53,055 bases of DNA from a virus (taxonomy: Duplodnaviria; Caudoviricetes), in the IMG/VR virus record IMGVR_UViG_3300024231_000017, positions 1 to 53,055 of that record. One strand, written 5' to 3'. Position 1 is the first letter of the stretch. Each line of letters starts with the position of its first letter. This document shows, in pieces, positions 1-9,638 of the stretch. The notes under the pieces were generated by a model, which saw nothing but the letters and a program-made list of their open reading frames with translations, did no database searches and had not been told where the DNA came from. Both the position numbers and the translations under genes were made by a program.

Positions 1-161
1 CAGCTGTTCCTGCTGCCGCGCCCGCGGCTCCTGCGGCTCCTGCTGCCGCGCCCGTGGCGCCAGTAGTTCCTGCCAAGCCTATTCCTGTGTTTGCTGCTTG
101 AGCGGCGGTGGCTGCGGTAGCATCTACCACTCCAGCACTTATCGAAGCTGCGTTAGCGTTT
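1..161. repeat. Terminal direct repeat / circular assembly overlap (copy 1)
   Basis: 1-161 matches 52895-53055 except one mismatch (pos 35 G vs T); lies inside a gene that reads through the junction. Confidence 0.95.
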
Positions 162-424
162 GCTGCTGCGGTTCCAGCTGCCGTACCAGTAGCTCCAGTT
201 GCCGCTGTGCCAGCTTTTGCCGCTCTTGCCGCTGCCGCCAGTTTGTTTGCACCAACCATTCCGCCAATGCCTGCACCAGTGCCCATAGTCTGAGCCTCTG
301 CCGCAGCCTTCTGGGCTTCGATTGCCATGCGTTGCTGCTCTTCAACAGACTCCGCCTTGGCTACTGCTGCCATGCCTCTATTGGCAATGCCTCGTAAGCC
401 TTGCCCTACCGCAATCATTGTCAT
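1..424 (-). CDS. 5' part of Ala/Gly-rich internal virion (ejection) protein spanning the genome junction (~211 aa with 52683-52894)
   Basis: ATG at 424 overlaps TGA of upstream ORF (ATGA); open frame MTMIAVGQGLRGIANRG... runs off position 1 and continues in frame to the stop at 52683. Confidence 0.75.
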   Translation of the reverse strand, partial: MTMIAVGQGLRGIANRGMAAVAKAESVEEQQRMAIEAQKAAAEAQTMGTGAGIGGMVGANKLAAAARAAKAGTAATGATGTAAGTAAANANAASISAGVVDATAATAAQAANTGIGLAGTTGATGAAAGAAGAAGAAAGTA

Positions 425-936
425 TGACCTGTACTCCTTGCCTTCTGCGAGATGCCTGACAGAGAACCTGAAAGGATTGACTGGCGACGATCTGCGTCAC
501 GCAATCTAGTATCGTTAAGACCACCCACCAGACCGCCGACAGCAGTCGTTGAGTTGGCTACATTGCCTGTGTTTCGTAGACCCATTCGAGCCATGTCTCT
601 GTTCTGCTGCCCCTGAACATTGGTAACTGCGCTAGCCATGTTTGATCGTGTGTTGGCTATATCGCCAGCAAGGGATCGGGTTCCGGTAGCGGTGATTTGT
701 CCCGCCATAAAGTTTTCTATCGGAGCAAAGCGCTGGTTGTAGTCTCGGGTCTGCGCCCTGATTAGGTCTGCATATAGCTGATCCCCCGGCTGATCTTCGG
801 GCTTCATGCCGCTATACCTGTAAGGGTTGATCTGCGCGTAAGGGTTGCTGTTGTTGTAGGCGGGCATTTGATAGAAGTTGCCAACCGCGCCAGCCACTTC
901 GGGATTCAGCATTGAAAGGTACTGATTAAAATCCAT
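421..936 (-). CDS. Putative internal virion/ejection protein
   Basis: 171-aa ORF translationally coupled to neighbours, in the pilot-protein cluster. Confidence 0.6.
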   Translation of the reverse strand: MDFNQYLSMLNPEVAGAVGNFYQMPAYNNSNPYAQINPYRYSGMKPEDQPGDQLYADLIRAQTRDYNQRFAPIENFMAGQITATGTRSLAGDIANTRSNMASAVTNVQGQQNRDMARMGLRNTGNVANSTTAVGGLVGGLNDTRLRDADRRQSILSGSLSGISQKARSTGQ

Positions 937-1502
937 TAGCCTTTACCTCCTAAGCCGTATGCCGCAGTCATACCGGCACCTGTGCCTGCAATAGAAGCGA
1001 TACTTTGTGAGTTGGCGAAATCTCTTTTCGCCGCTGCTCCAGCTCTATCCAAGCTGTTCTGCATGCGGTCAATGTTTCCTGAGACAGCCTGAGTCTGTAA
1101 GCCCTGACCCATAGCTATGACGTTGCCTAAGTTCTGATAGGCTGCGTCGGTATACCCAAGCCCAGCGTCAGAACCTGCCAAGCCCATACCTCTAGCCTGT
1201 GCGGCTCTTAATGCGCTGGATTCACCCATGGCTCTGCCTGAGTTAGGGTCTAAGCCCTGTGCAAACTGAGCCCCTCGCATATCGTTGAAGCCCTGTTCAT
1301 AGATGGCAGATGTCTGGTTCTGAGCAGCAGCCATAGCATCATCGGCTGCGCCCTGCTCGAACATCGACTTGGTGTCGTTGATGTACATATTCTCGAGCGG
1401 GACAAACACGTCGCCATAACGTCGCAAAGCATTGGCTGCTTGTTCCGCCAAAGCCTGCTTGCTCTCTAATTCTTTTGGATCGCTTCCGCCACCACCACCC
1501 AT
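936..1502 (-). CDS. Putative internal virion/ejection (pilot) protein
   Basis: MGGGGGS N-terminus, Ala/Gly/Gln-rich, directly after a GNAT-like gene, as is typical of podovirus ejection cassettes. Confidence 0.65.
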   Translation of the reverse strand: MGGGGGSDPKELESKQALAEQAANALRRYGDVFVPLENMYINDTKSMFEQGAADDAMAAAQNQTSAIYEQGFNDMRGAQFAQGLDPNSGRAMGESSALRAAQARGMGLAGSDAGLGYTDAAYQNLGNVIAMGQGLQTQAVSGNIDRMQNSLDRAGAAAKRDFANSQSIASIAGTGAGMTAAYGLGGKG

Positions 1503-1509
1503 AAATCAC

Positions 1510-1914
1510 CTATAGTTCTTTGTTTAAGACTGCCCATTGAAGTTGATAGCCACTGGCTTGAGCCAATGACCATAGCCCCTTGTGAGGGGACAAAAATTCT
1601 ATTTGTTTATGCCCCGTGTTTCGGGCAAGGGTTTCTAGCTCATCACAGTAGGTAGCCAGACTATGTTCAACTGGGTCATACGCTATCCAGATGAGTAGTT
1701 TTGCGGCTGATTGGAATGGAATCCTAACCGACTGAAGAATGACAAAACCCGTAGTCGTCCGTGAAGGGTCCATAAGGATGTGAGCCTCTCCGCGTACACA
1801 CTCGGCGTACACATCTTCAAGCCTCCAGTCGGGAGAGGTATCTTTAGATACGTGTTCTAGTCCGACCTTGACGGTGTCCCAGACTTCTCTTATATCGACA
1901 AAATCTAACGACAT
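1510..1914 (-). CDS. GNAT-fold-like virion assembly protein preceding ejection proteins
   Basis: 134 aa; pattern GFVIL...LLIWIAY...LARNTGHKQIEFLSPHKG resembles acetyltransferase-like podophage proteins; position. Confidence 0.5.
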   Translation of the reverse strand: MSLDFVDIREVWDTVKVGLEHVSKDTSPDWRLEDVYAECVRGEAHILMDPSRTTTGFVILQSVRIPFQSAAKLLIWIAYDPVEHSLATYCDELETLARNTGHKQIEFLSPHKGLWSLAQASGYQLQWAVLNKEL

Positions 1915-1970
1915 TCGTTACTCCTATCATACTTGAAAATCAAGTAAATTACTAAAAAAACACACTCTCA

Positions 1971-2303
1971 TTACGACTTAGGGTATTCGTCTTTAACCGC
2001 TTTAATTGCAGTGTAAAACTCGCCCGTCTTATCTAGCGTGCCGCTATCAATGTCGTGCCAAAGTTTGTCTAACTGTTCAGTAATTTTTCCGTAAGCAACA
2101 GACCGTAGCTCACTTGTTGGAGCTTCGTACTCCGCACCTGCCACCTGAACTACAACGCCCACCTCTCCGTCCCAGACTAAAGTTGAGTCTTGCAAAGGCG
2201 CTAGACCCTGTGCAGGAAAAAACGGCACCCATGTGTCGTCGCCAGCTTCAGCCTGTGGACCAGCAGTTAACGTGTTGGTTTCTGTGTCAAATTTACAAAA
2301 CAT
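1971..2303 (-). CDS. Tail fibre assembly chaperone-like protein
   Basis: C-terminal AY..ITEQLDKLWHDID...AIKAVKDEYPK motif typical of small proteins following fibres. Confidence 0.55.
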   Translation of the reverse strand: MFCKFDTETNTLTAGPQAEAGDDTWVPFFPAQGLAPLQDSTLVWDGEVGVVVQVAGAEYEAPTSELRSVAYGKITEQLDKLWHDIDSGTLDKTGEFYTAIKAVKDEYPKS

Positions 2304-2305
2304 AC

Positions 2306-5300
2306 TTACCTCAAACTCATCATTGTTCCGTACAAGCCATAAACTCTGTCATTGGTCTTATCATTTGTACGCAAGGTATATGGAACGCCTTGATAATTAG
2401 GTGCGTAACGCATCATTCGAATCTCAACATCAACGCTGTGAGTAGTAGCACTACCTAAACCACCTGTTATATTAAACGCATGACCATGATAATCTTGCGG
2501 GGAACGGAAATAGTTAAACGCTACCTCTATAAAAGTTGGCGAGTAAGCAGAGTTCGTAGCCGTACCTACAGAAAACGTCTGCCCGCTTGCGGGGGTATAT
2601 TGTACTACCGTGCGATTAGTTGAGGAGTTGTAAGTGTTATTAATTGCATAGCCCTTTGTAGTGCTGCTCTGCTGTAACTCAGCCCCATCAGGGATGGACG
2701 ATCTTTTATCCCCAGAAAATTCAGCGAAATAGTTATAAATAACAACCCCGTTACCTATATGCTGACCCTGCGTGGATTTTGCCATCAGGTTGCCTAAACT
2801 CACAGTGCTGCTACCAGAGTTGACCCTCATTTTCAGCATTACCCTATAGGCATCATCGTTTTCAAAATTTCCCCAACCTGTTGCATTAACAAAAGGTCGC
2901 TTCGGGCTTGTTATCCCATTCACAGTTGAGGGGGCGGGAATAGTCCCCGACCAAATAATGTTGTTGTACCCAATATCTACATACGACTGACCTAAAGTAA
3001 ACGGGACCACCTTGGAAATATCGCCAGAAATGTTTTCAGCCCAAAGGTTGCTTATCGTTACATTTGTAGCGTCGATGGTGCCCGCCTCAATCTTACTAGC
3101 CGATACAGCTTTTACGCTTAACGCCTTAGTTCCGTCCGACAAGGTAGTTTCTTCTAGCGATGTACTATCTAAAAGTAGCTTGCTCGCTTCGATAGCGTTG
3201 GCTTCGATAAGATCCGTGACATTTAAGGTGCCAGTATCAATTGTGTCAGCATCGACAGATCCAATCTGTGCAGAAGTAATAGAAGCGTGCTTGATCATTG
3301 CGTTGTTAATGTACACGCCTGCTGGCACATAAACTCCGTCAGCAGTAGTGGACCCAGAAGAGGTAACCGAGAAAGGGCTGCGACTCAGGTCATCCCAGTA
3401 CGTATCGTTTGGAGGCTGCTGGTTAGAGTGCGCTACTCTTGCCTGATACAACTTGTTTTCACGGGTGACCCTGTTTCCCTCTGCATATGAACTGCTTGAA
3501 GACCACGCTGGATCAGCAGAGGTAACCGCATTAGGTAGAATTGCAAACTTATCAGCGTTTACGTAGAACTCACTTGTGTTAGTACCCGAGGCAGTAGTCG
3601 TGTTCGCTAATCCAAAGCCAGCTACGTGCCCGTTACTATCTATCTTGACGGTGTACTGTGATTCTAGGTCACCAATGTCAGTTGCTTGGGCAGTAAACTT
3701 CTGCTCCATTGTTACGTCACCAACGTTATCGATACGCAGTTCGATTGCGTCTGTTTTATCGACTAACCCTGTGCCGTCAGCATTTACAGTTGCATCCAGC
3801 GTGCTTAACGCACCAGCAAACGCCAGAGTATCAACCTCCCATTTTGCGGAGTTGTTATGCGGAGTAAAGCCGGAGTTATCTTCGAGCGCCTTGTAAACCT
3901 TGCGAGGCGATGTGGCATCTGCTCTATGCACGACTCTATCGCCAACGTCATAAGAGGTGCCAGTCGCCCAATCGTCCAAGCCTGTCGTCTCAGTAAAGAT
4001 CGCGGCGTATGCAGCGTCTACTTCCTCAGTCGTAGCTGTGTCCTGATCGGATGCTGTTCTGTAGTTATTGAACTTTCCAGCAACGGTCAAGTTGCCAAGG
4101 TCACCCAACTTTTCTGTGAACTGCCCACCCACATAACTTGTAGTTGCTGCCTCGGTGTTCACAAACGTGGTTAGCGAATCAACTGCAAGCGCACTAGCCA
4201 GAGTGTCTAATGCCCACTTCGGGTTAGGCTCGCTTATATAGTTGGGCGGCAGAGATCCCGAATTGGCAATCAGAGCCTTGTATAGCTTTTTCACGCCAGT
4301 AGAGGTTGTGTGAACAACCCTGTCTCCCACAGAATAGCTAGCGCTATTGCTCCACTCGTCCACGTCTACCATGTTATCGAACAGGTTGCTCTGTAACACC
4401 GTAACGTCACTGCTTTTTGCGTATGCGGCTTCTACCTGATCAGCCGTGGTTAAAGTGTCTTGTACCCAGTACGTAGTATTCGTAGGTAGAGCATATTCGG
4501 TAGGCTCTCCAGAAACTACTATAGCAGTGCTTTGCAGCGCTCTATAAATCTTCTGGTTATAAGTGACAGTAGCACCAGCAGAGTAAGTGGTTCCATTAGC
4601 CCAGTCGGGAGCGCCGATGACGTTGTTGAAAATTGACGACTCAAGATCCGTCAAGTTAGTTGCCGATGCATAATTCTGATCTGCATAAACTTCCAGTGCC
4701 GACAACGCCGAGGCAGTGGACATCGTATCAACAACCCATTTAGACGAGTCTGTATCTGGTTCTACGTTCGTTGATGAGGCAACAGCACGATAAAGCCCCT
4801 GCTCAAAGATTACTCTATTGCCTTCTACATAGCTCGAGCCTGCATCCCAATTATCTACGCCTGTCAGGTCATTAAAAAGGGCTGCCTCTAAGGTAGTAAC
4901 ATCAGTTGCGGTTGCATAGGTGCTTGCAATCTGCCCAGTCAACACGTTAATTGCGGCTGCTGTTGTACCACTATCTTCTTTGTTTACGACCCCTGTAAAT
5001 ATACCGCTAAGTGTCCAGTCCGAATTGGTGCTGCTTGTGCCTGAATATGTTGGCTCAGAATCAGTGTTCTGTGCGGCTGCGACCCAAACCCTGTCCGAAT
5101 GACGAACTTTGTCACCAACATTAAACTGATCCTCATCGTTCCAGATAGAGGCACCTGCTATCTCAGCTACGGCGTCTGCTATGTCCTGACTCTGAGTAAT
5201 TGCCGCGTTAGCAATGCGAGCATTAACGGACTCGGAAACGTTGATGCCCCCAGAGATCTTATCGATTTCTGTTTGGAGATCAGTCGCTAACTGACTCTCA

Positions 5301-5851
5301 GTTATTTCATCTGTTAACTCATCAAGCAAGAACGCTGTATCTGTTGCGGTCTGACCAAGAGTTCCTGTAGACGAGTTAAATGGTCCCGCAACACCGTTTT
5401 GGTTTACTGCTCTTACCCAGTAATAATAGGTCTGACCACCCCCTACAGGGTCTGAAAATAGACCCGCAAGACCAGACGCCTGACCAACCAATGTCGCGTC
5501 AGCAATAACATTTGATGTATGCCGATGCACCTCCACATAACTTCGCCCGACGTAGTCTGACAACTCCCACGACAAATTAATAGTTTGGAATGCGCCATTC
5601 GCCTCTAGGTTTGTTGGGGCGGGAGGGACGCCGTAAGTCTCGCCAGTCACTATCGGCGCTAGCCCTGTGGATGATCCAGAGAAGGATCGAGATCCAGCGG
5701 TCAGCTTTACTATTCCGCTGTCCAGCAAGTCTCTCGCGGTAAGAGCACGGTCAAGAGGGTCGCCGCTAAAGCCGCACAACACATCAAGATTACTCTTGAC
5801 GGTCTCGCCGAATCGCTTGTCCTGACCTGACCACTTCTGTGGTACTGGCAT
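2306..5851 (-). CDS. Host-specificity/tail tip protein (FN3-like, six CBM5/12-like repeats, DUF1983-like)
   Basis: YYYWVRAVN FN3-like motif; six W..G..Y..GD.V....Y.A repeats; YTVKIDSNGHVAGFGLA...SEFYVNADKFAI; probable ATG at 5851. Confidence 0.8.
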   Translation of the reverse strand: MPVPQKWSGQDKRFGETVKSNLDVLCGFSGDPLDRALTARDLLDSGIVKLTAGSRSFSGSSTGLAPIVTGETYGVPPAPTNLEANGAFQTINLSWELSDYVGRSYVEVHRHTSNVIADATLVGQASGLAGLFSDPVGGGQTYYYWVRAVNQNGVAGPFNSSTGTLGQTATDTAFLLDELTDEITESQLATDLQTEIDKISGGINVSESVNARIANAAITQSQDIADAVAEIAGASIWNDEDQFNVGDKVRHSDRVWVAAAQNTDSEPTYSGTSSTNSDWTLSGIFTGVVNKEDSGTTAAAINVLTGQIASTYATATDVTTLEAALFNDLTGVDNWDAGSSYVEGNRVIFEQGLYRAVASSTNVEPDTDSSKWVVDTMSTASALSALEVYADQNYASATNLTDLESSIFNNVIGAPDWANGTTYSAGATVTYNQKIYRALQSTAIVVSGEPTEYALPTNTTYWVQDTLTTADQVEAAYAKSSDVTVLQSNLFDNMVDVDEWSNSASYSVGDRVVHTTSTGVKKLYKALIANSGSLPPNYISEPNPKWALDTLASALAVDSLTTFVNTEAATTSYVGGQFTEKLGDLGNLTVAGKFNNYRTASDQDTATTEEVDAAYAAIFTETTGLDDWATGTSYDVGDRVVHRADATSPRKVYKALEDNSGFTPHNNSAKWEVDTLAFAGALSTLDATVNADGTGLVDKTDAIELRIDNVGDVTMEQKFTAQATDIGDLESQYTVKIDSNGHVAGFGLANTTTASGTNTSEFYVNADKFAILPNAVTSADPAWSSSSSYAEGNRVTRENKLYQARVAHSNQQPPNDTYWDDLSRSPFSVTSSGSTTADGVYVPAGVYINNAMIKHASITSAQIGSVDADTIDTGTLNVTDLIEANAIEASKLLLDSTSLEETTLSDGTKALSVKAVSASKIEAGTIDATNVTISNLWAENISGDISKVVPFTLGQSYVDIGYNNIIWSGTIPAPSTVNGITSPKRPFVNATGWGNFENDDAYRVMLKMRVNSGSSTVSLGNLMAKSTQGQHIGNGVVIYNYFAEFSGDKRSSIPDGAELQQSSTTKGYAINNTYNSSTNRTVVQYTPASGQTFSVGTATNSAYSPTFIEVAFNYFRSPQDYHGHAFNITGGLGSATTHSVDVEIRMMRYAPNYQGVPYTLRTNDKTNDRVYGLYGTMMSLR

Positions 5852-5861
5852 GTTTCCTTTT

Positions 5862-7499
5862 CTAGCCACCAATTTCCTCCGAGCTTTCATAGACACACAC
5901 TTCATTAATAGGCACAGAGCCGCTTAGCTCTATCTCGAACTCGTTAGCCTTGTAGCCACTAGGCAATCTGAAGGTGTTACTGCTAGTAACGGTTTGGGTA
6001 TGCTTTAAGTCACCGTCAGCGTATAGCTTCATGGTAGGGTTAGGGCTATACCCGTCACACTCTACCTTTGCTACTGCTGGGTTGATTGGTCTGGGGGAGT
6101 AGAATTTCTTTCCCCGCCAAACAAAATTTGATGCGCTGCTGCCTTCGGCAAACCTAACTAAGCTACCACTCACTACCAAGTACAGCTGGTCTGTCTCTAA
6201 ATCGTTAAAGCCTGCTGTGGCGTGAAAGTCCAATTTAACGAATGAGTTCTTTCCGCCTCTAGGATCAAATATAAAGCCTTTACTCTCAGATCCGTTATTG
6301 TAGAAAGCGACATAATGTCCCTCCCATAGGAAGGCAACTATCGAAGACGGGGAGTATTCTTGCCACTGGTCTCGAGTGAAGGTCTGGTCTGTGATTAAAT
6401 TTAAGCCGCTTTCTGTTGCCATTACCAAGCCGTCTGGCGAGGCATACATTACGAAATCACCCATATCCACAACAGAACGCTTAGACACGCAAGATAGAGA
6501 ACTGTCTACTTCCATCATGCTCATTGATGCTGGATCTAGACCTTGAATGATTGCTGGCTTCTCTTTGGTCAAAACCAAAAGACCCGTGTTCAATGGTGCC
6601 AGCGCTACAATGTCAGACTTAACCGTGAGCTTATACTCATCAGGAAATGCGTGCGGCTGGAACGCCTCACTAAAGCATACTGTCTGACCGGCGAACCCCG
6701 CAAGGATACCGTTAGGCATACTTACTAAACCAAGCATTGGTCCTTCAGGGTGGTCCGCGCTAACGTCATCAGCAGGGGCGTCAAAAGTAGATGTTGGAAT
6801 CTCTTCGCCTAGACTCGCTTCTGTGACTGAGTCCTCAAATGTATCTGTTGAAATAGCAACATCTGCGACAAACCTATAAATTCCACCTGCATCGGTTCGG
6901 TAAACACGCTTCTTTAAAAGGTTGTAGCTACCGGACGGGTTTGGTGGGAAGTCTAAGGTTACAGTTTGATCTGTATATACATCGACAACCTGTGCAGCTT
7001 CTGCGTCACAGTTAACACCTTCCTCGCCATAATAACTAACATACGTAAATATGTACGACCTTGACTGCGGCACTTCTGTCTCAACATTAGCTGAGTTAGT
7101 CGGCGACAGTGTTACGGATGTGAGGTCTTCAGGCTTTGGTATTCCCAGCCTGTAGTATGTGTTGTTGCCTACTATTTGTGCTGTAGTCATCTGGGGAAAA
7201 GTAGAGCCAGTAAGATAAAGCCTTTCATGAGGATCTTCGGCTATAGGCGACCTGACAATGTCCAGTTCTGAGTTGCTAGCGATCCACACAGAATCACTGT
7301 ATTTAAATATGCTCTTGGTGCTGGCAGATATAGTCCCTGATGCAAACGACACAGAGCTAGACGCGTTGTTTTTCCAAGGCTCTAAACGCCCAGAATCTAA
7401 GCGACAATTGGTTGCTATCTGAGCCATGTCATCTGGAAGTAAGCGGGCGTAAACCTTTGGTGCCTGACCGCTAAATGTTTGTAGCTTAAACCCTGTCAT
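5862..7499 (-). CDS. Tail tubular/nozzle (stabilisation) protein
   Basis: 545-aa beta-rich ORF (SLSCVSKRSVV...YASPDGLV) in the tail module. Confidence 0.65.
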   Translation of the reverse strand: MTGFKLQTFSGQAPKVYARLLPDDMAQIATNCRLDSGRLEPWKNNASSSVSFASGTISASTKSIFKYSDSVWIASNSELDIVRSPIAEDPHERLYLTGSTFPQMTTAQIVGNNTYYRLGIPKPEDLTSVTLSPTNSANVETEVPQSRSYIFTYVSYYGEEGVNCDAEAAQVVDVYTDQTVTLDFPPNPSGSYNLLKKRVYRTDAGGIYRFVADVAISTDTFEDSVTEASLGEEIPTSTFDAPADDVSADHPEGPMLGLVSMPNGILAGFAGQTVCFSEAFQPHAFPDEYKLTVKSDIVALAPLNTGLLVLTKEKPAIIQGLDPASMSMMEVDSSLSCVSKRSVVDMGDFVMYASPDGLVMATESGLNLITDQTFTRDQWQEYSPSSIVAFLWEGHYVAFYNNGSESKGFIFDPRGGKNSFVKLDFHATAGFNDLETDQLYLVVSGSLVRFAEGSSASNFVWRGKKFYSPRPINPAVAKVECDGYSPNPTMKLYADGDLKHTQTVTSSNTFRLPSGYKANEFEIELSGSVPINEVCVYESSEEIGG

Positions 7500-7861
7500 T
7501 GCTTTTTACCTTTTAAGTTCATGACGCCTTCGAAAGCGCCGCCGCCAAAGTAGAATCCAACAATGGTCAGCATTATCCAGTCGATCTTGAAGGCTGATAC
7601 AAGCTCCTGAACAGGACCGATATCCTTGTCCATGAAGAACAGCGACAAAACCATCAGGTAAGAACCGACAAACGTGAACGCAAATATCAAAGCCAAGTAT
7701 CTTTGCGCCACCTTGAAAGGTGCGTAACTGCTTAGCAGCTGAGTCTTGGCTTTTGTCTTAGCCTCTATAGCCTCAGTATCAGATGTATGCATATCATCAA
7801 TAAGGTCTAAGCCTTTGCTTAGAACGTCTGTACTACCTAGTATTTTAGATAAAATTCCCAT
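7496..7861 (-). CDS. Holin (3TM holin-like)
   Basis: 121 aa; LDLIDDMHTSDTE N-terminus, two hydrophobic segments, IVGFYFGG motif. Confidence 0.7.
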   Translation of the reverse strand: MGILSKILGSTDVLSKGLDLIDDMHTSDTEAIEAKTKAKTQLLSSYAPFKVAQRYLALIFAFTFVGSYLMVLSLFFMDKDIGPVQELVSAFKIDWIMLTIVGFYFGGGAFEGVMNLKGKKQ

Positions 7862-7872
7862 AATAAAATCTC

Positions 7873-8571
7873 TTACCCCATATATCGGGCGTACCCTTTT
7901 ACGGCGCCATACTCAAGGGTTGCTTTGTTAAAAACAAAACCGTAACACCACTTGTACATCCTTGAATCGGCGTCTACGTCATCTGGAATTGGGTATGCCA
8001 AGCCTTTTCTGGTGCAAAACTCTTTGACAGCTTGTGGTGTTGCGGAAATAAAAGCGTCTACCCAGTCAGACATAGTCTCGTCTTGCCTGTGGGTGGTAGC
8101 GAAGAACCAAGCAGGAACAGGTAGCTCAGGCACCTCGAAGTTGACGCGGTTTATGACGCACTTCAGCATCACATCTGTTTGCGTAAGATCAAACTTTAGT
8201 CCGTACCAGCTCTTTAAGTTGTTACGCGGGTAGAAGCAGCCAAACTTTTTTTGCAGCTCCGGAGGTGCGAAGCTAGCAAATTTATAAAAACTGAGGCTAC
8301 TGTTCTGGTATGGCTCTCTATACCCGCCATAGCTTCCTAGTAGGTTATATCTGTTACTAAACCAGTTTTCGTAGTCTGTGTACGCCGCTTGCAACTCAAT
8401 TAAAAGACTCTGTCCTTCAGTAGAAGTCACCGGATAATCTTGCCGAACCATAACGTTATCAACATAAACATCATCGCGCTTAAAGGTCTCTCCCCGCGCA
8501 ATAGATTTATTCAGCCCCAGAATGTCAAGTTCATGGGTTGCCTTAACGTTACGCGGTCCGACTTTGATCAT
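7873..8571 (-). CDS. Hypothetical protein
   Basis: Long ORF, probable ATG at 8571 immediately after upstream stop. Confidence 0.6.
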   Translation of the reverse strand: MIKVGPRNVKATHELDILGLNKSIARGETFKRDDVYVDNVMVRQDYPVTSTEGQSLLIELQAAYTDYENWFSNRYNLLGSYGGYREPYQNSSLSFYKFASFAPPELQKKFGCFYPRNNLKSWYGLKFDLTQTDVMLKCVINRVNFEVPELPVPAWFFATTHRQDETMSDWVDAFISATPQAVKEFCTRKGLAYPIPDDVDADSRMYKWCYGFVFNKATLEYGAVKGYARYMG

Positions 8572-8572
8572 G

Positions 8573-8929
8573 TTACTGCTCCTGAATCTCTGAAATGTCT
8601 TTGTCTTCAAGACCTACACTATTAAACTTACGCAGCAGATGGTCCTCATGATGCTTCAGCAGCTTACCTAAGAATTCGTTGCCGCCGTGATGGTCTAAAG
8701 CCCACTGCAAGATCTGTTGCTGGGTTAGGTCACTGTAGTTAGTGAAGCCCGCGCCCAACTCGTCCGTGTCTAATACCGTTTCCACGGTTCCCACGCTCCA
8801 GACGTCATCGGGGTAGGTAGTATCAAAAAAATTAATCTCCCACCGTACTTCTTTACAAATATCGGTATGACCGTCCTGCTCTGGAATAGTTTTCAGGTCT
8901 ATTAAAGTCGCTTGATAATCAATGTTCAT
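8573..8929 (-). CDS. Conserved fibre-associated small protein
   Basis: 118 aa with FTNYSDLTQQQILQWA motif, of the kind found beside fibre genes. Confidence 0.55.
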   Translation of the reverse strand: MNIDYQATLIDLKTIPEQDGHTDICKEVRWEINFFDTTYPDDVWSVGTVETVLDTDELGAGFTNYSDLTQQQILQWALDHHGGNEFLGKLLKHHEDHLLRKFNSVGLEDKDISEIQEQ

Positions 8930-9638
8930 TTGGTATGTCCTGTAAGGGTATATATTTTGCCAATCCAGTCCTGAGTTTTGCTGCCCGCTTGGCGGTTCTG
9001 GCTGATAGTTTTTCTACTTCTGGCAGCCCTTTAGAAAACGGCAATGCTTTTTCCATAGCGTAAGCAAACATCTCATTACCGTTAGCCTTGCCACTTTCAA
9101 AAACATCGACGTAGTTGAATACCGACGCTTGTTCCGCCAGCATTCCGTAATTCATTGCTTCTCTTGCACTAATCGCCGTTCTTACGATGGCATCACTTTT
9201 GTGATTCATGTGGCGCGGCATCCTTAGCCTTTTTACTTTCCCTAAAACCCCTTCATCCGTTTCCGGTATTCGGACCCAGCGCTTTGGGTTTATGACAAAA
9301 ACTGACAGGTCCATATGTTTTTTATTTGTATCATTCCCAACAAGCCGATATATGTGCCTGTTCTGTGGGCTGTCAGTAAACACTCCAGACCTACTGACAC
9401 AGATGTCATAGCTCTCAAGAAGCGCTCGCTTTGGCAAATCACCATCCTGTATGTCGAGCATAACTCCACTCTTAACGACTAAGCACAACTCGCTAGCATT
9501 ACGTAGCGCAGTCGATATAAAGCCCTTGTCGTAAGGTACTACTTCATAATCCCAGTCAGGCATGTTTGCCTCGATAGACCTAACCGTTAGCGCTTCGAGC
9601 TTGTTGCACTGTACTACCAAAATTTTTAGGCGCGACAT
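8919..9638 (-). CDS. Glycosyltransferase-like protein (GT-A/GT8-like, divergent)
   Basis: LTVRSIEANMPDW N-terminus and DLSVFVINPKRW resembling GT8 NSGV.vinl..W; no clear DxD. Confidence 0.45.
   Translation of the reverse strand: MSRLKILVVQCNKLEALTVRSIEANMPDWDYEVVPYDKGFISTALRNASELCLVVKSGVMLDIQDGDLPKRALLESYDICVSRSGVFTDSPQNRHIYRLVGNDTNKKHMDLSVFVINPKRWVRIPETDEGVLGKVKRLRMPRHMNHKSDAIVRTAISAREAMNYGMLAEQASVFNYVDVFESGKANGNEMFAYAMEKALPFSKGLPEVEKLSARTAKRAAKLRTGLAKYIPLQDIPNEH

Noticed and set aside
1-161. 161-bp end repeat as a biological terminal repeat
   Set aside because: It falls mid-gene in a low-complexity Ala/Gly region and the ORF reads through the junction; more likely an assembly overlap of a circular or permuted genome
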